Of a stretch of DNA of 64,000 nucleotides, positions 49,424-62,282 are shown piece by piece. Made by a program: the position numbers and the translations under genes. The notes under the pieces were generated by a model. It ran no database searches, was not told where the DNA came from, and worked only from the letters and a program-made list of their open reading frames with translations. Source of the stretch: Squalus acanthias (taxonomy: Eukaryota); the NCBI GenBank assembly GCA_030390025.1, contig CM059432.1, positions 106,890,001 to 106,954,000 of the forward strand. Direction: 5' to 3'. How positions within the stretch are numbered: the stretch's first letter is position 1; each line of letters opens with the position of its first letter.

Positions 49424-51489
49424 TACTTGTTCGACATGCAGTCATGGATGCTAGCTGAATTTTTGATCCAAAGGCTCTACATCATAAGGACAACCTATTT
49501 CTACGTCAGTAACATCGCCCCCCTACACCCCTGCCTCATCTTGCTGCTGAAACCCTCATTCTTTGTCACCTCCAGACTCAACTGTTCCAGTGCATTCCTG
49601 GCTGGCCTCCCATTCTCCACCCTACGTAAACTTCCGCTCATCCAAAACTCGACTGCTCATATCCTAACCTGCACCAAGTGCCGCTCACCCATCACCCCTA
49701 TTTTTGCTGACCTACAGTGGCTCCCGATTCCCCCAACGTGTCCAATTTAAAATCTCTTCCATGTGTTTAAATCCCTTCATGGCCTCGCCCCTCCATATCT
49801 CTGTAACCTCCTCCAGCCTACAAACCTTTACCCCTGAACTCTCCGTTCCTCTGACTCTGGCCTTTTGCACATTTCCACCTTTCTTCGCCCCACCATTGGA
49901 GGCCGTGCCTTCAACTATCTTAAGACACACACTCTGGAATTCCTTCAGTAAACCCCTACACCTCGCCACCTGCATCTACCCTTTTAAGGCCCTCCTTAAA
50001 ACGCCCCTCTTTGACTAAGTTTTTGGTCACCCCTCTTAATAGCTCCTTCTTTGTCTCGGTGTCCATTTTTGTCTGATTCGCCTCTTGTGAAGCGTCTTGG
50101 AATGTTTTTCTGCGTTAAAAGTGCTATATAAATGCAAGTTGTTGTAAAAGATTCCATGGCATTAATCAGGGAAGAGCAGGGGAGTTCGCCTGGTGTCCTG
50201 AGCAGTATTTATCCCTGGACTAACATTTACTAAACAGATTAACTGGTCATTGCTGTTTGTGGGACATTACTGTGTGCAAATTGGCTGCTGTGTTTCTCTA
50301 CATTACAACAACAACTGCACTTCAAATTCCTTCATTGGCTGTAAAGTGCCCTCTCTTCTCACTCTTTCACCTTTCTCTGTCTCAAAAGCGAGTCTGCAGT
50401 GAACTGGAATTGAAAGAGAAACTGAGAACTCTCTTTATATGTGAGTGTCCAATCAGGTTTCCGTCCTGCACAGCACTGAAATGGCCCTAATCAAAGTCAC
50501 AAATTACATTCTCTTTGGCTGTGATCATGGTGCACTATCCCTCCTCATTCTTCTCAACTTGTCTGGGGCCTTTGACACGGTTGACCATAGCGTCGTCCTC
50601 CTCCTTCTCACGCCTCTCATTGTTCAACTGAATGGGGCTACCCACGCCTGGTTCCGCTCTTATCTATCCAGAGAATCTCCTGCAATGGCTTCTCCCCACC
50701 CGTGTGCCCTCCCTTAAGGATCAATCTTTGACCTCCTAATCTCATTTACATGCTGCCCCTCGGTAACATCATCCCAAAACACGTCAGATTCCAAGTGTAC
50801 GCTAACTACACCCAGTTCTCTCTCGACCCGTCCAATGCCTCTGTGTTGTTAGACTGCTCCTGGATGAGCCAAAATACATTAAGACCGAAGCCATTGTTCT
50901 TTCCCTGCTCCCCCCTTTTTCCCTGACTCTGTACTTACTTAAAAAAGCTATTCATCTCTTAACATCTCCCAGTTCTGATAAAAGGTCATCGACCTTAAAT
51001 GTTAACTCTTTCTCTGTCCACAGATGTTGCCTGACTGAGTGTTTCCAGCATTTTCTGTTTGTAGTTCAGATTTTCAACATCCGCAGTATTTTGCTTTTGT
51101 TCCAGTGAAACGGAGGTTCATTTGCACTAGAACGGAGAAGGACATCTGATGCAGGTGTCCAAGTTATATGGGGTTTTGATAAAAAACAAATGGGGGAGGA
51201 AACTATGTCTGCTGATTGTGAATTAGCAATTAGAGGACATAAATTGAACATAATCATCCAAGGAATGAAGGGAGAGGCTTGAAGAATTTTTTTTTGACGA
51301 GGGTTGTTGAATCGTGGAATCCTATGCAATATACAGTGGCGGAAGCAGAATCCTCAGCAGCTTTTAAAATGGAAGAGGACAAGTATTTGAGAAATAAAAA
51401 CTTAAAGGGTATGGGTAAAGTTCAGGGAATTGAGACTAAATGGACAGCTCTTTCAGAGAGCCAGCACAGGTGCAATAGGTCGAATAAAG

Positions 51490-51930
51490 AAAGAGCTAAC
51501 TTGCATTTATATAGCGCCTTTCATGACCTCAGGACGTCCCAAAGCATTTTGCAGCCAATTAAGTACTTTTTGACGTGTAGTTGCCAGTAATGTAGGAAGT
51601 GTGGCAACCAATTTGCGCACAGCAAGGTCCTCAAACAGCAATTAAATAATGACCAGATAATCTGATTTAGTGGTGATGTTTGAGTCATAAATGTTGGCCA
51701 GGACACCATGATGAACACCCCTGCTCTTTGAATGGTGCCATGGGCTCTTTCACATCCACCTGAGAGGGCAGACTTGGTTTAAGGTCTCATTTGAAAGTCG
51801 GCACCTCCGACAGTACAGTACTGCACTGAAGTGTCAGCCTCGATTATGTGCTTGAGACCTGGAGTGGGACTTGAACCCCTGAGCTTCTGACTCAGAGGTG
51901 AGAGTGCAACCACTGAGCTAAGGCTGACAC
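51490..51930 (-). mobile_element. Full-length tRNA/Deu-type SINE
   Basis: Tail ACTTGCATTTATATAGCGCC through to head GGGACTTGAACCC...CACTGAGCTAAGGCTGACA. Confidence 0.8.
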
Positions 51931-53310
51931 TTTAGATTGAAATGGATGTTCTTTTCTTGCACTCAGTTTATCCTCTCGCTGCACTTAAAGTGGTTTATGT
52001 TAATGAAGCATTTTTGTTTATGTTGGATTCTTTCTTGCTGGTTACAGAGCACACAGGGTTAAAAATTGGTGAGTGCGAACTCTTTTCTGCAGGCTGTCCA
52101 GCATAAATGTTATGGTGTGGTATGCTGAAGGTTGTTTTTTTATGGTCCTTGTGGACTAATATTACAACAGTGACTACACATCAAACGCACTTCATTAGCT
52201 GTGAAGTGCTTTGGGACATGGTGAGGACGCGAAAGGCACTAAATAAATCCAAGTCTTCTAATAACCATAAATTGGATTGCTACTGTAATAGAGGTGTCCA
52301 TTGTCCTTGGGCAGGGATCTGTCTCAAGCTATTCAGAACAGTGTCAATGGGTTAATTCATTCAATTCAAATACAAACATCCTGTTGGTCTGCTTACATGT
52401 GTGGCAACTATATTTGTGTGGGCAAATGTTGTTTTGAATCCTGTGAATCACCAAATCTAGTTCTGAAAGGTATAGTTTTTAATGTCTGTTGTTCAGAGAT
52501 ATCTTCAAAAGAACTTAGAGCTACATCTTGGGCAACATTGCACCAAGACCATTCAGTCTGAAGATGGCCGTGGTGGGGCTAGTCTGAGACTCCACATAAA
52601 GCCACGTTCAGAGCTGGTTTCGTTTTGAGAGTTAGTGTAGGGCAAGTGTCTTGTCTGTTTTGACATTCCAAGGAGGTTCGTCAAGTTTGTATTAACTAAA
52701 TATGCTGAGCCATGTGTGCACACTGTCTGATAGTATATTCTTCCATCTACTGAAAGATGAGATTGTTGTGGCAGTGATCTATTCCAGTAACCAGAGCATC
52801 GTGATGAGGGTTCTCAGTTTGAGCCCCAGATTTTGCTACATTTACATATTGGTTTGTCGGGGGGGGGGGGGGGAGAAACGAGACCCACTTATAAGAATAT
52901 CTGCTGATACTGCACTTAAGGGCAGTATCTAGTATAAAACAGTAAAAGTAACAGGTGCCATGGTGAAAAAGTTTATGCAGTGTAGAGATGAGCTGCACTG
53001 GTATGACTTAAGTCCCTATGTATGTTGGTAAGTAAGAAAATCTTGTTTGAATACAGTTATCTTTTGATTGAAAAATTGTGCAGAAGTGAGCTTAATGCTC
53101 AGTGTCTTGGGTCGGAAGAAAAAAATGGTAGCAGTCATTGATCAGGACATATTAGTAAAATTATCGGGTGTCACTACTAGCTCTTATTTTTGTTTCCTTA
53201 AGCAGATCTCCGATGTATTCCTTTCAGGCATGTATTCATCAGGACATGGAATGTGTTTAGTTTTTGTATTTTAAGTAGACCGTTTTAAGTTAGAAACTTG
53301 AACTAGAAAT

Positions 53311-54000
53311 CATCTTCTCCTTCTTAGGCAGTCCCTCGGAACCGAGGATGAATTGCTTCCACACTAAAAATGAGTTCTCAGGTGACTGATGAGTCCAATG
53401 CGGGACCTACAGTCTCTGTCACAGGTGGGGCAGACGGTGGTTGAAGGGACGGGTGGGTGGGGTGCTTGGGTTGATGTGCGCTCCTTCCGCTGTTTGCGCT
53501 TGGCTTCCACTTGCTCCCGGCGCCTTCCCAGATGCTTCTCCTCCACTTTGTGCGGTCTTGGGCCAGGGATTCCCAGGTGTCGGGGATGTTGCACTTTTTC
53601 AAGGAGGCTTTGAGGATGTCCTTGCAGCGTTTCCTCTGCCCACCTGGGGCTCTCTTGCCATGTCGGAGCTCCTAGTAGAGAGCTTGTTTTGGGAGTCTCA
53701 TATCGGGCATGCGAACGATGTGGCCCGTCCATCGGAGCTGATCGAGTGTGGTCAAAGATTCGATGCTGGGGATGTTGGCCTGAGCGAGAACACTGACGTT
53801 GGTGCGCCTATCCTGCCAATGGATTTGCAGGATCTTGCGGAGGCAGCGTTGGTGGTACCTCTCCAGTGCTTTGAGGTGCCTGCTGTACATGGTCCATGTC
53901 TCTGGAGCATACAGGAGGGTGGGTATCACTACTGCTCTGTAGACTATGAGCTTGGTGCTGGGTTTGAGGTCCTGGTCTTCAAACACACTCTTCCTCAGGC
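53311..54000 (-). mobile_element. RTE/BovB-type LINE, 5'-truncated
   Basis: TKLIVYRAVVIPTLLYAPETW...QLRWTGHIVRMPD.RLPKQALY and C-terminal zinc finger CPTCDRDCRSRIGLISHLRTH. 11-bp TSD GAACTAGAAAT at 53300-53310 and 54001-54011. Confidence 0.92.
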
Positions 54001-54342
54001 GAACTAGAAATATACAGCTACTAAAAGTCATAAACTTTTAATTAGTTACATGCTGTCTATCATACATTGTTAGTATTTGGGGAGTCTCAATTGCTCTTGT
54101 TGAATAGTAGATGAGTATTTTACTACTGATTAAGCTACATTGCACCTTTCTGTTGTTTTGGAACGTCAGCTACCACAGCATTCAAATGTCGACATCGCTA
54201 GAATCATACAGCACGGAAGGAGGCCATTCAGCCCATTGTGCCTGTACCTTCAAAAGAGTTATCCAATTAGTTCCACTACCCTTCTCTTTCCCCATAGCCC
54301 TGCAATTTTTTCCTTTTCAAGTGTATATCCAATAGGTTAATT

Positions 54343-55735
54343 CATAGAAACATAGAAGATAGGAGCAGGAGTAGGCCATTCAGCCCCTCGAGCTTGCTCC
54401 GCCATTCAATGAGATCATGGCTGATCATCCAAATTCAGTACCCTGTCCCTGCCTTCTCTCCATATCCCTTGATCCCTTTAGCTTTAAGAAATATATCTAA
54501 CTCCTTCTTGAATATATTTAATGAATTGGCCTCTACTGCCTTCTGTGGTAGAGAATTCCACAGGTTCACCACTCTCTGGGTGAAGAAATTCCTCCTCATC
54601 TCTGTCCTAAATGGCTTACCCCTTATCCTTAGACTGTGACCCCTGGTTCTGGACTCCCCCGCCATCGGGAACATCCTTCCTGCATCTAGTCTGTCCAGTC
54701 CTGTTAGAATTTTATAAGTTTCAATGAGATCCCCTCTCATAAGCCCAATCGACCCAATCTCTCCTCATACGTCATTCCTGCCATCCCAGGTATCAGCCTG
54801 GTGAATCTTCGCTGCATTCCCTCCATGGCAAGAACATCCTTCCTCAGATAAGGTGACCAAAACTGCACACAGTACTCAAGATGTGGTCTCACCAAGGCCC
54901 TGTACAACTGCAGCAAGACATCCTTGTTCCTGTACTCGAACCCTTTCGCTACGAAGGCCAACATACCATTTGCCTTCTTAACCGCCTGCTGCACCTGCAT
55001 GCTTACCTTCAGCGACTGGTGCACAAGGACACCCAGGTCTCGTTGCACTTCCCCTTCTCCCAATCTATTGCCATTCAGATAATAATCTGCCTTCCTGTTT
55101 TTGATAACCTCGCATTTATCCACATTATATTGCATGTGCCATGCTTCTGCCCAATCACCCAACCTGTCCAAATCATACTGGAGTTTCTCGGCATCCTCCT
55201 CACGGCACACACTCCCCCCCAGCTTTGTGTCGTCTGCAAACTTGGAGATATTACATCCAATTCCCTCATCTAGATCATTAATATATATTGTGAATAGCTG
55301 GGGTCCTAGGACCGATCCCTGCGGTACTCCACTAGTCACTGCCTGCCACTCGGAAAAAGACCCATTTATTCCAACTCTTTGCTTTCAGTCTGTCAACCAG
55401 TTCTCTATCCAAGTCAATACCTTGCCCCCAATTCCATGTGCCTTAACTTTACATGCTAATCTCTTATGCGGGACCTTATCGAAAGCCTTCTGAAAGTCCA
55501 AATACACCACATCCACTGGTTCTCCCTTATCTATTTTACCAGTTACATCCTCAAAAAATTCCAGTAGATTAGTCAAGCACAATTTACCTTTTGTAAATCC
55601 ATGTTGACTTTGTCCGATCCTGTCACTGTTTTCCAAGTGCTCTGCTATTACATCTTTTATAATGGACTCTAGCATTTTCCCCGCTACCGATGTCAGGCTT
55701 ACCGGTCTATAATTCCCCGTTTTCTCTCTACCACC
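54343..55735 (-). mobile_element. CR1 LINE 3' portion (RT)
   Basis: ORFs 55385-55675, 54737-55339 and 54435-54740 (QHGFTKGK, DFQKAFDKVPH, GVPQGSVLGP, KFADDTK). CATAGAAA tail. Confidence 0.92.
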
Positions 55736-56176
55736 TTATCTGAATATTTCAGTCAATGTAACCTCAGAACGTGTGCAGAATCTATAGACAAGAATAATCA
55801 TTCATTGACAGATAATTCTGCATGTAACAGCATTAACTTGCGCCGGGAAGTGTTTCGACATATCTGTTATCCTATACAGTGAGCTCTGTACCTCCAATGG
55901 AGGGGAGTGCTGAGCAGAGACCCATGTTGGAAATTGGGTGAACTGCACAGAGCAACTCTGATGCATCCCTGTGCAATCAGTTGAGTGCCATTAGCAAAAG
56001 CAAGGAAACACTGCACCAGGGCGACATAGTGGCTGGCAAATGGGGTGTGACTCCAGGGAGCCTAAGGAGAATGGAGAGAATGAAATATAATGTACAATAA
56101 GATGGGGACATGGGAAGCATTGGAGACCCCAGATCTGAAACAAAGTCTGTCCTTGTTTTGCAGTAACCTTTTCCTG

Positions 56177-56243
56177 ATGGCCCAATGCAGCATCCTTGTA
56201 CTCCTGTTTTTGGTCCCAAAGATCTTTCGATGTGGAGCTGAAG
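56177..56243 (+). CDS. ACVR1: ACVR1-family receptor first coding exon (signal peptide); exon starts at 56164
   Basis: gttttgcag|TAACCTTTTCCTG ATG...GCT GAA G|gtatgt. Encodes MAQCSILVLLFLVPKIFRCGAE. 67 coding bp in phase 1, the same as I recall for ACVR1, joining the next exon as GAT (D). Confidence 0.8.
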
Positions 56244-57439
56244 GTATGTTGTACACTTCTGAAAAGCAGCTAAATATTTATTGAACCTTTGCTCCCGAGT
56301 TTGTCATGCATTTATGAATGGGTCAAGTAGTTTTTCTCGTACTTAATTGCTATTTAAAAAATTGGGTGATTCGCCTGCATGCATACTGAGTATATTAGTC
56401 ACACTGGTTGTACACTATTTTGTTATATTAAAAACACCTTTCAATTATAGGAGCTCTGAGGAAAGTTTGGTTATAGCAGATTTCTGATCAGATGTAAACA
56501 GGATTTTCCTGTGATGCAAATGAGTTGACCAAGTCCAATGGTTTGTTTAGCTTTTTAGCACAAATTGCTTTGTTTGTGTAGATCAAACCCACATTGTTTA
56601 CCATGGGTTGGGTCTTCCTGCGCAATATATGATTAAAACCCTGCACGGTGAAGGCCCCTGTGTACTTGGTGAATTTACACTCAAACAAGTAAACTATAAA
56701 AACTGAAGTATTTTAACGGTGTGCCTGTATGTATACTAGAAAATATACAGAATCACGGAAGAAATAGGGAAAACTGTTTGCAGGGAACCTTTTATAACTC
56801 TGTTGCACCCTCTCTCCTGCTGGATTTCTGCCCCTTTTTAAATCTTTTGCAGTCTTTTGCTTTTTATGTCCCTTGGTGAAGTGCTCATTGTAGATGGTGG
56901 GAACAGGCAGCACACACAAGACTGCCCGGCTGCGGACAAGGTGTGGTGCTGAATCCTTACTGTACCACCTCAATTGTCTCTGATTAACCAGTTGCATGTT
57001 CTTTAAATGTAATGAACCTGAGAGATCAACTATGCTGAAATTAGTTCCCCATATAAGGTCAGTGTGCTTAACCTCTTCACACTACCCAGTCCCCCCTGGA
57101 CAGCTGTGCGTGGAGTATCTTGCCTCTCCACATGTCTCTAGTATCACCTGTGCTCACAGTCCCCTGACCTTGGTGAAGATTCTGCCCCTGCACAACATTG
57201 ACAGCATCAGTTGCAGTGGACTTTTTGTTTTGCATAGGATTAGCTCTCTCTTTCCAGCCCTGACCTAAGGCTTGTTGGCTACAACCTTCTTGTAGTTTAA
57301 ATCATCACGTAACACAACATCAAATGGCACAGATGCTGAAACTCTTACTTTTACACCCAGCAATACATTTACCCCACACTTTTTTTTTTAAAACTGATCA
57401 CTGGCACTTCTGTCCTTGTATATACTGATTGCTCCACAC

Positions 57440-57941
57440 TAGACTTGTATGCCTCTACCTCTACACCACCTCCCTCAGCTGTCTCTGTATTGTCAGACTT
57501 CTGGTCCAACATCCAGTCTTGGATAAGTCATAATTTACTCCAGCTCAAGGTGACCCCTGGCACAAAACCCGCTCCCTTGCCACCAATTCAATTCCCCTCC
57601 CCGGCCACTGTCTCAGGCTCAACCAGACTGTCTGCAATCCTGGCCTGTTCGACCCTGTGCTCAGTTTTTGGATCCCCTATCTGCCTCGGCCTCTTACTGT
57701 TGAAACCTTTATACATTCCCTTGTTACCTCCACACTTGAATACCCCAATGCTCTATTTGCCCTCCTCCAGTTTCCATAAGCGCAACTTGTCCAAAATTCA
57801 TCATGCCCTGTTCTATCACTCCTATCCTCATTGACCTACACTAGCTCCTCACTCCTGCAGTGCATCCAATTTAAATCCTTGCCTTTAAATCCCTCCATGG
57901 CTTCACCACATCCTATTTCTGCAATCACCTCCAGCTCTATA

Positions 57942-57983
<42 letters not shown>

Positions 57984-58262
57984 ACACTATGTTCCTCTAA
58001 CTCTGGCCTTTTATGCATTCTCCCTCTTCCACCTCATTGGTAGTCAACTGCCTGGGACCTACTCCCTGAAATTGCTTCCCTAAACCTTTCTGCTTTTTCA
58101 TCTCATTCTCCTTTTAAAAAATCTTCTCAAACCCATCTCTTTGGCCAAGCTTTTAGTCACTCCACCTGATTCCTCCCTTCCTGGCTCACTTTCATTTTCC
58201 ATACCTATAGCTGTGAAGGGCCTTGGGATTTTTTTTTACATTAAAGTACGTAGCTGTTGTTT
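57440..58262 (+). mobile_element. Degraded L2 3' fragment containing a long poly-C run
   Basis: SNIQSWISHNLLQL remnant and L2 tail. C-run at ~57942-57981. Confidence 0.65.
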
Positions 58263-60812
58263 GTACCATCATCAAGATTACACCTTGCATTACACAAATC
58301 TGCCTGCAATTTGTGAACTGTGATTGCACATAAGTACAGCATTAGATTCTCTACATTCAGGGCCACTGCGCACTCAGCAGTCTCATGTCTTTTGGTGGTA
58401 CTCTGTCTTCCCAATAATGATCTGGAACCCTTTTCAAAATAGCAATTATTTGCTTTGTGTCACACCTTACTGTATTTATATAACAGCTATTTAATTTCCC
58501 CTGCTCGCCCACCCCCCTTTGTGATCTGTTTGGCTGTACAGACACATGCTCACAGGAGCGGTCTATTCTGGTTTGATGGGTTGACTACCTGCCACTCCGT
58601 GTGGGACATCTGCCTTCCCACCCGCTTATTGGCTCCATAGTGCTCAAGATGTTGCAAATTGATCTCACATAGCTATCTGATACACAGTATGCTGGTCTAG
58701 CATTTATACCCCTATATTATCTAAAAACACTTCCAGAAAATGATCTCAACATTGATTGACGTATTTCTTTAATAGTCTGTTAAAATTGCCCCCTGTAATC
58801 ACAATGTCAATATATCATCCAATTCCGCTGTCAGTTCTCTAACCATGGTCCTGAGCCTTCCGTACCCTTTTAAATTTCTGCCTATACACTTTTGGAGTCA
58901 AGTCACGTCGGGTGATTTTCTAATGGTTCAAAAGCTCTTAATAATCCATCTAGAATTACAGAATGTTACAGCGCAGGAGTATTCCATTCGGATCATTTGC
59001 CCCTGTGACCAACTCTCTGAAAGAGCTATCCACTTAGACCCATTTCCCCACCCTTTCCTTATACCTTTTAAAGTTTATTTTTCAAATATTTCATTTTATC
59101 CTTTTTAAAAGTTGCTATAGATTTTATTTTTTACCATTGTTTCTAATAGGGCAGTCTGTGCCCTGACAACCCTCATACTCCCCCTCTATATTGCCTGCTT
59201 TATGAAATCCTGAATTTGTATGCTTCTCACCTATGTACAGCTGTTCCACGGGAAGAGGGGGGAAAAACTGCAACAAAAAGGAAATTGGAATTGAGAGAAA
59301 AAAATTGAGAGCAAAGCAGAGAGACTGAGAAGCACAACTGAGGCGGAGTGTAAATTGTTTATTTTTAATCACGTACTAGTAAATTGCTAATGGCATTGCA
59401 CACTCATTGATGAATAGAATAATATATATACATACACAAGGTGGCAGCAGAGTTGGGGGAGAGACTTCAAAAATCCACAGAACCACCTAGTGAAGTAAGG
59501 TGTGTGGATGGAAATCCATGCCCTATGAGATAAAAATATTTTATTTGCACTTTTTCAGTATTTTCTGTTGATTTTCCTGTCCATTTCTCTGTATGCATAA
59601 ACTTTGGATTAAAATGGTTTATTTACATGTGATTTAGCATGTACTTCCATGGGTATTAGTATTCAGGGCAGATTGCTAACAATAAATGGAGGAAAATGTA
59701 GCAGATTAGATGGAAGGATATGAGGCATCCAGACTATTAGTAATAAATAAAAAGAAAACACTGCAAATGCTGGAAATGTACGTAAAGGGAAAAAGTAGGC
59801 TATGATGTTTTGGGTGTGTAGCCGCCTTCAGAACTGAGGGAAGAAACTATTCGTGATGTTTATTCTTGTGTGTGTTTATTTGTGTTTTGTGTGTGACACT
59901 GGCAAGACAATGTTGCCCATTCCTAGTTGCCCTAAGGGCATAAAGAGTCAACCACACAGTGTGGAACTGGAGTCATGTATTGGCCAGACCAAGTAGGGGT
60001 GGCAGGTTCCCTTCTCGGAAGGGCATTGGTGAACCAGTTTTACAACAATTTTGCAGCATTCATGGTCAACTTTTGGTGCTATCCTGCAATTTACTAAATT
60101 TATTGAATTCAGTTTCACAACTTGCCATGGTGGGATTTGAACTCTCAACTACTGGGTTGCTGGTCAAATATCTTAGCCACGAGGCTGCTGTGCCCAGTGG
60201 TGAATGGTCAGTTTCTTATTTGAGAAATTTGACTTAAGTGCCTGTAATTGAATGTTACATCCATTCCATCGTGGCCTTGATTTCCATGGGGTACCCATTG
60301 GTACTTATGAACTGAAAAGGAAAGTTTATTGTGGAAAAACTAAATGGAAATATGAATAGAGTGTTGGCATGACTTATTGAGAGGACATGAAAATACTCCA
60401 CCTAAATAAAAACGAATGGAGGACTTTGCCGAAGAATTTAATGCTGGTCTGGAATTGTAAAAGGTGACCATTTGTGCTCCCGTCAAATATGCTGGTTGTG
60501 GATCATGTTGAGGTTTCACCCCACCAGTGTGGGATGTCCCAGGACAGCTGCATTAATATTTCATTTGAATAAGGATGTTTAGCTAGATCTGCATGGGCAG
60601 GGAGTGGTGTATTCATTCATCTTTACAGTCCTTTTCCAAGTATGTAAGATTGACCAGTTTTAGTGAATGAAGTATGTTTTTGCCTTTTTTACTTTTAAGT
60701 TTACTTACACACAAAAAGGTTTGAAATGCTGAATTTAATGAAGTGTCTTGAAAAATTGCCTGTGATCATTCTAATATTGTGCAAATCTTGACCATTTTTT
60801 TTGTGTGTGTAG

Positions 60813-61070
60813 ATAAAGGCAGCCCAAGTAGTTATCTGTGCGTCTGTGAGGGCAATTCATGTGGGAGGAAGGACATATGCCACGGTCAACAGTGTTTTGC
60901 TTCAGTGATACAAAATGGAAAAGATCCTGTGTTCCAGAAAGGTTGCTTCAGAGTCCTTGAGCAGGGTGAAATGACCTGCAAGACCCCGCCCTCAGAAAGT
61001 CATGTAGTGCAGTGCTGTTATGGAAACCTGTGTAACAGGAATATTACAGCAATGCCACTTCTTTCTCAAG
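60813..61070 (+). CDS. ACVR1: ACVR1/ALK2-family type I receptor ectodomain exon (probably the acvr1l paralogue)
   Basis: gtgtag|AT AAA...CAA G|gtaaga. Encodes [24 protein letters not shown]...[40 protein letters not shown], matching human ACVR1 (YMCVCEG...GQQCF...[20 protein letters not shown]...CC..WCNRNITA). 258 bp, phase 1-1. Confidence 0.93.
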
Positions 61071-62282
61071 GTAAGAATTAGGATGTCTTGGTTCCTTTAT
61101 AAGATATATGGGGGGGAAATGTATATGTCACTGTTTGCCTGAGAGCATCAACTTATTCCAAAAAACACCAGATTGGTGCCTTGGAGTGGTGGCACCCATT
61201 TAGTATGTTTTTCTTATACAAAACTTATTTTCATCTCTACAGTGCTGCCATTACTTTTCTGCTGCAGCTTTTGGCTGATGAAATGGGACTTCTAGGAGTA
61301 TCAGATTTTTTGGATAATGAACTACAATACAAATCATGCCTTCTGTATTCTTTTGCAATTACCCAAGATCCGATACGTTTAAAAGCATACATCAACCTGC
61401 AATGATGGAAGATTGTGTAACAGTTTAAAACTCCCTGAATTGCTACCAGAAGAAATTAGTACAATCCACAATACTAGTGTCCAAGATCATTGAAGTAACA
61501 AGTATTTTGAAAGATTAAATGGCTGGTTTTACAGCCGTTTTTATACTGAGGTTTTTCCCTTTACGTAACCAACATAGCATTAAATATTGAAACAGCAAGA
61601 GTATATGAGTGTGGAATCACTTGCAGCCAATTCCATTTGAATTTTTAAAACTCTTGGAACATTGCAAAGGTGGTAGCTGAATGCCATTTCTGACACCTCT
61701 TTGGTGACAACCAGTGGGGTAGTTTATTTGCTGTTTTGTTTTTAAAGATAATTGTAGTGTGGACAGAGCAGGCAGGGAATTGCCCTGACTTCCAGTGACA
61801 ATTTGTTATTTACTATTCCTCAGATGCATTGTCTATTAAGCACAATGTATTTCCCTTGGTCTGTATCTATGATACATTTTCTGAGTGTGTTATTTGCCCT
61901 TTTTTGAGTGGTTGGTTCATTTTCCTACAAGATTTGATGAACAACACCACCTTAAAGTGAAAGATGCAGTTAAGCGTGTACAACTTTTCAGCTTAACAAA
62001 AATGAGTATATCAAATAAATAGTGGGTCTTTATCTTTTCACTGCCTGCATTACTGACGTTAATTAAAATTTATGCAGGTTTTTAAATCATTTTGACTGCC
62101 TCTGATTTGAACTGCAAAATTGCAGAAGAGCCTTCGTAATGAGGAAGAATATATGAATTTTATTGTACAGTGCATACATTCTTCTTGATTAATTCAGTCT
62201 GCACAAGGAGATTATTAAACATAATTTAAATGTCAGAAAACTCAGACTGCTACAATATGTTACTGGGAGGGCCAGTATGCTT

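Larger units (their letters stand above)
47690..50145 (+). mobile_element. Degraded L2 LINE with an internal minisatellite and nested MITE
   Basis: VPLVFKTAII..LLK, SGF..CHST and LIQNSTA..LT remnants. L2 tail GCTATATAAATGCAAGTTGTTG. Confidence 0.75.
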
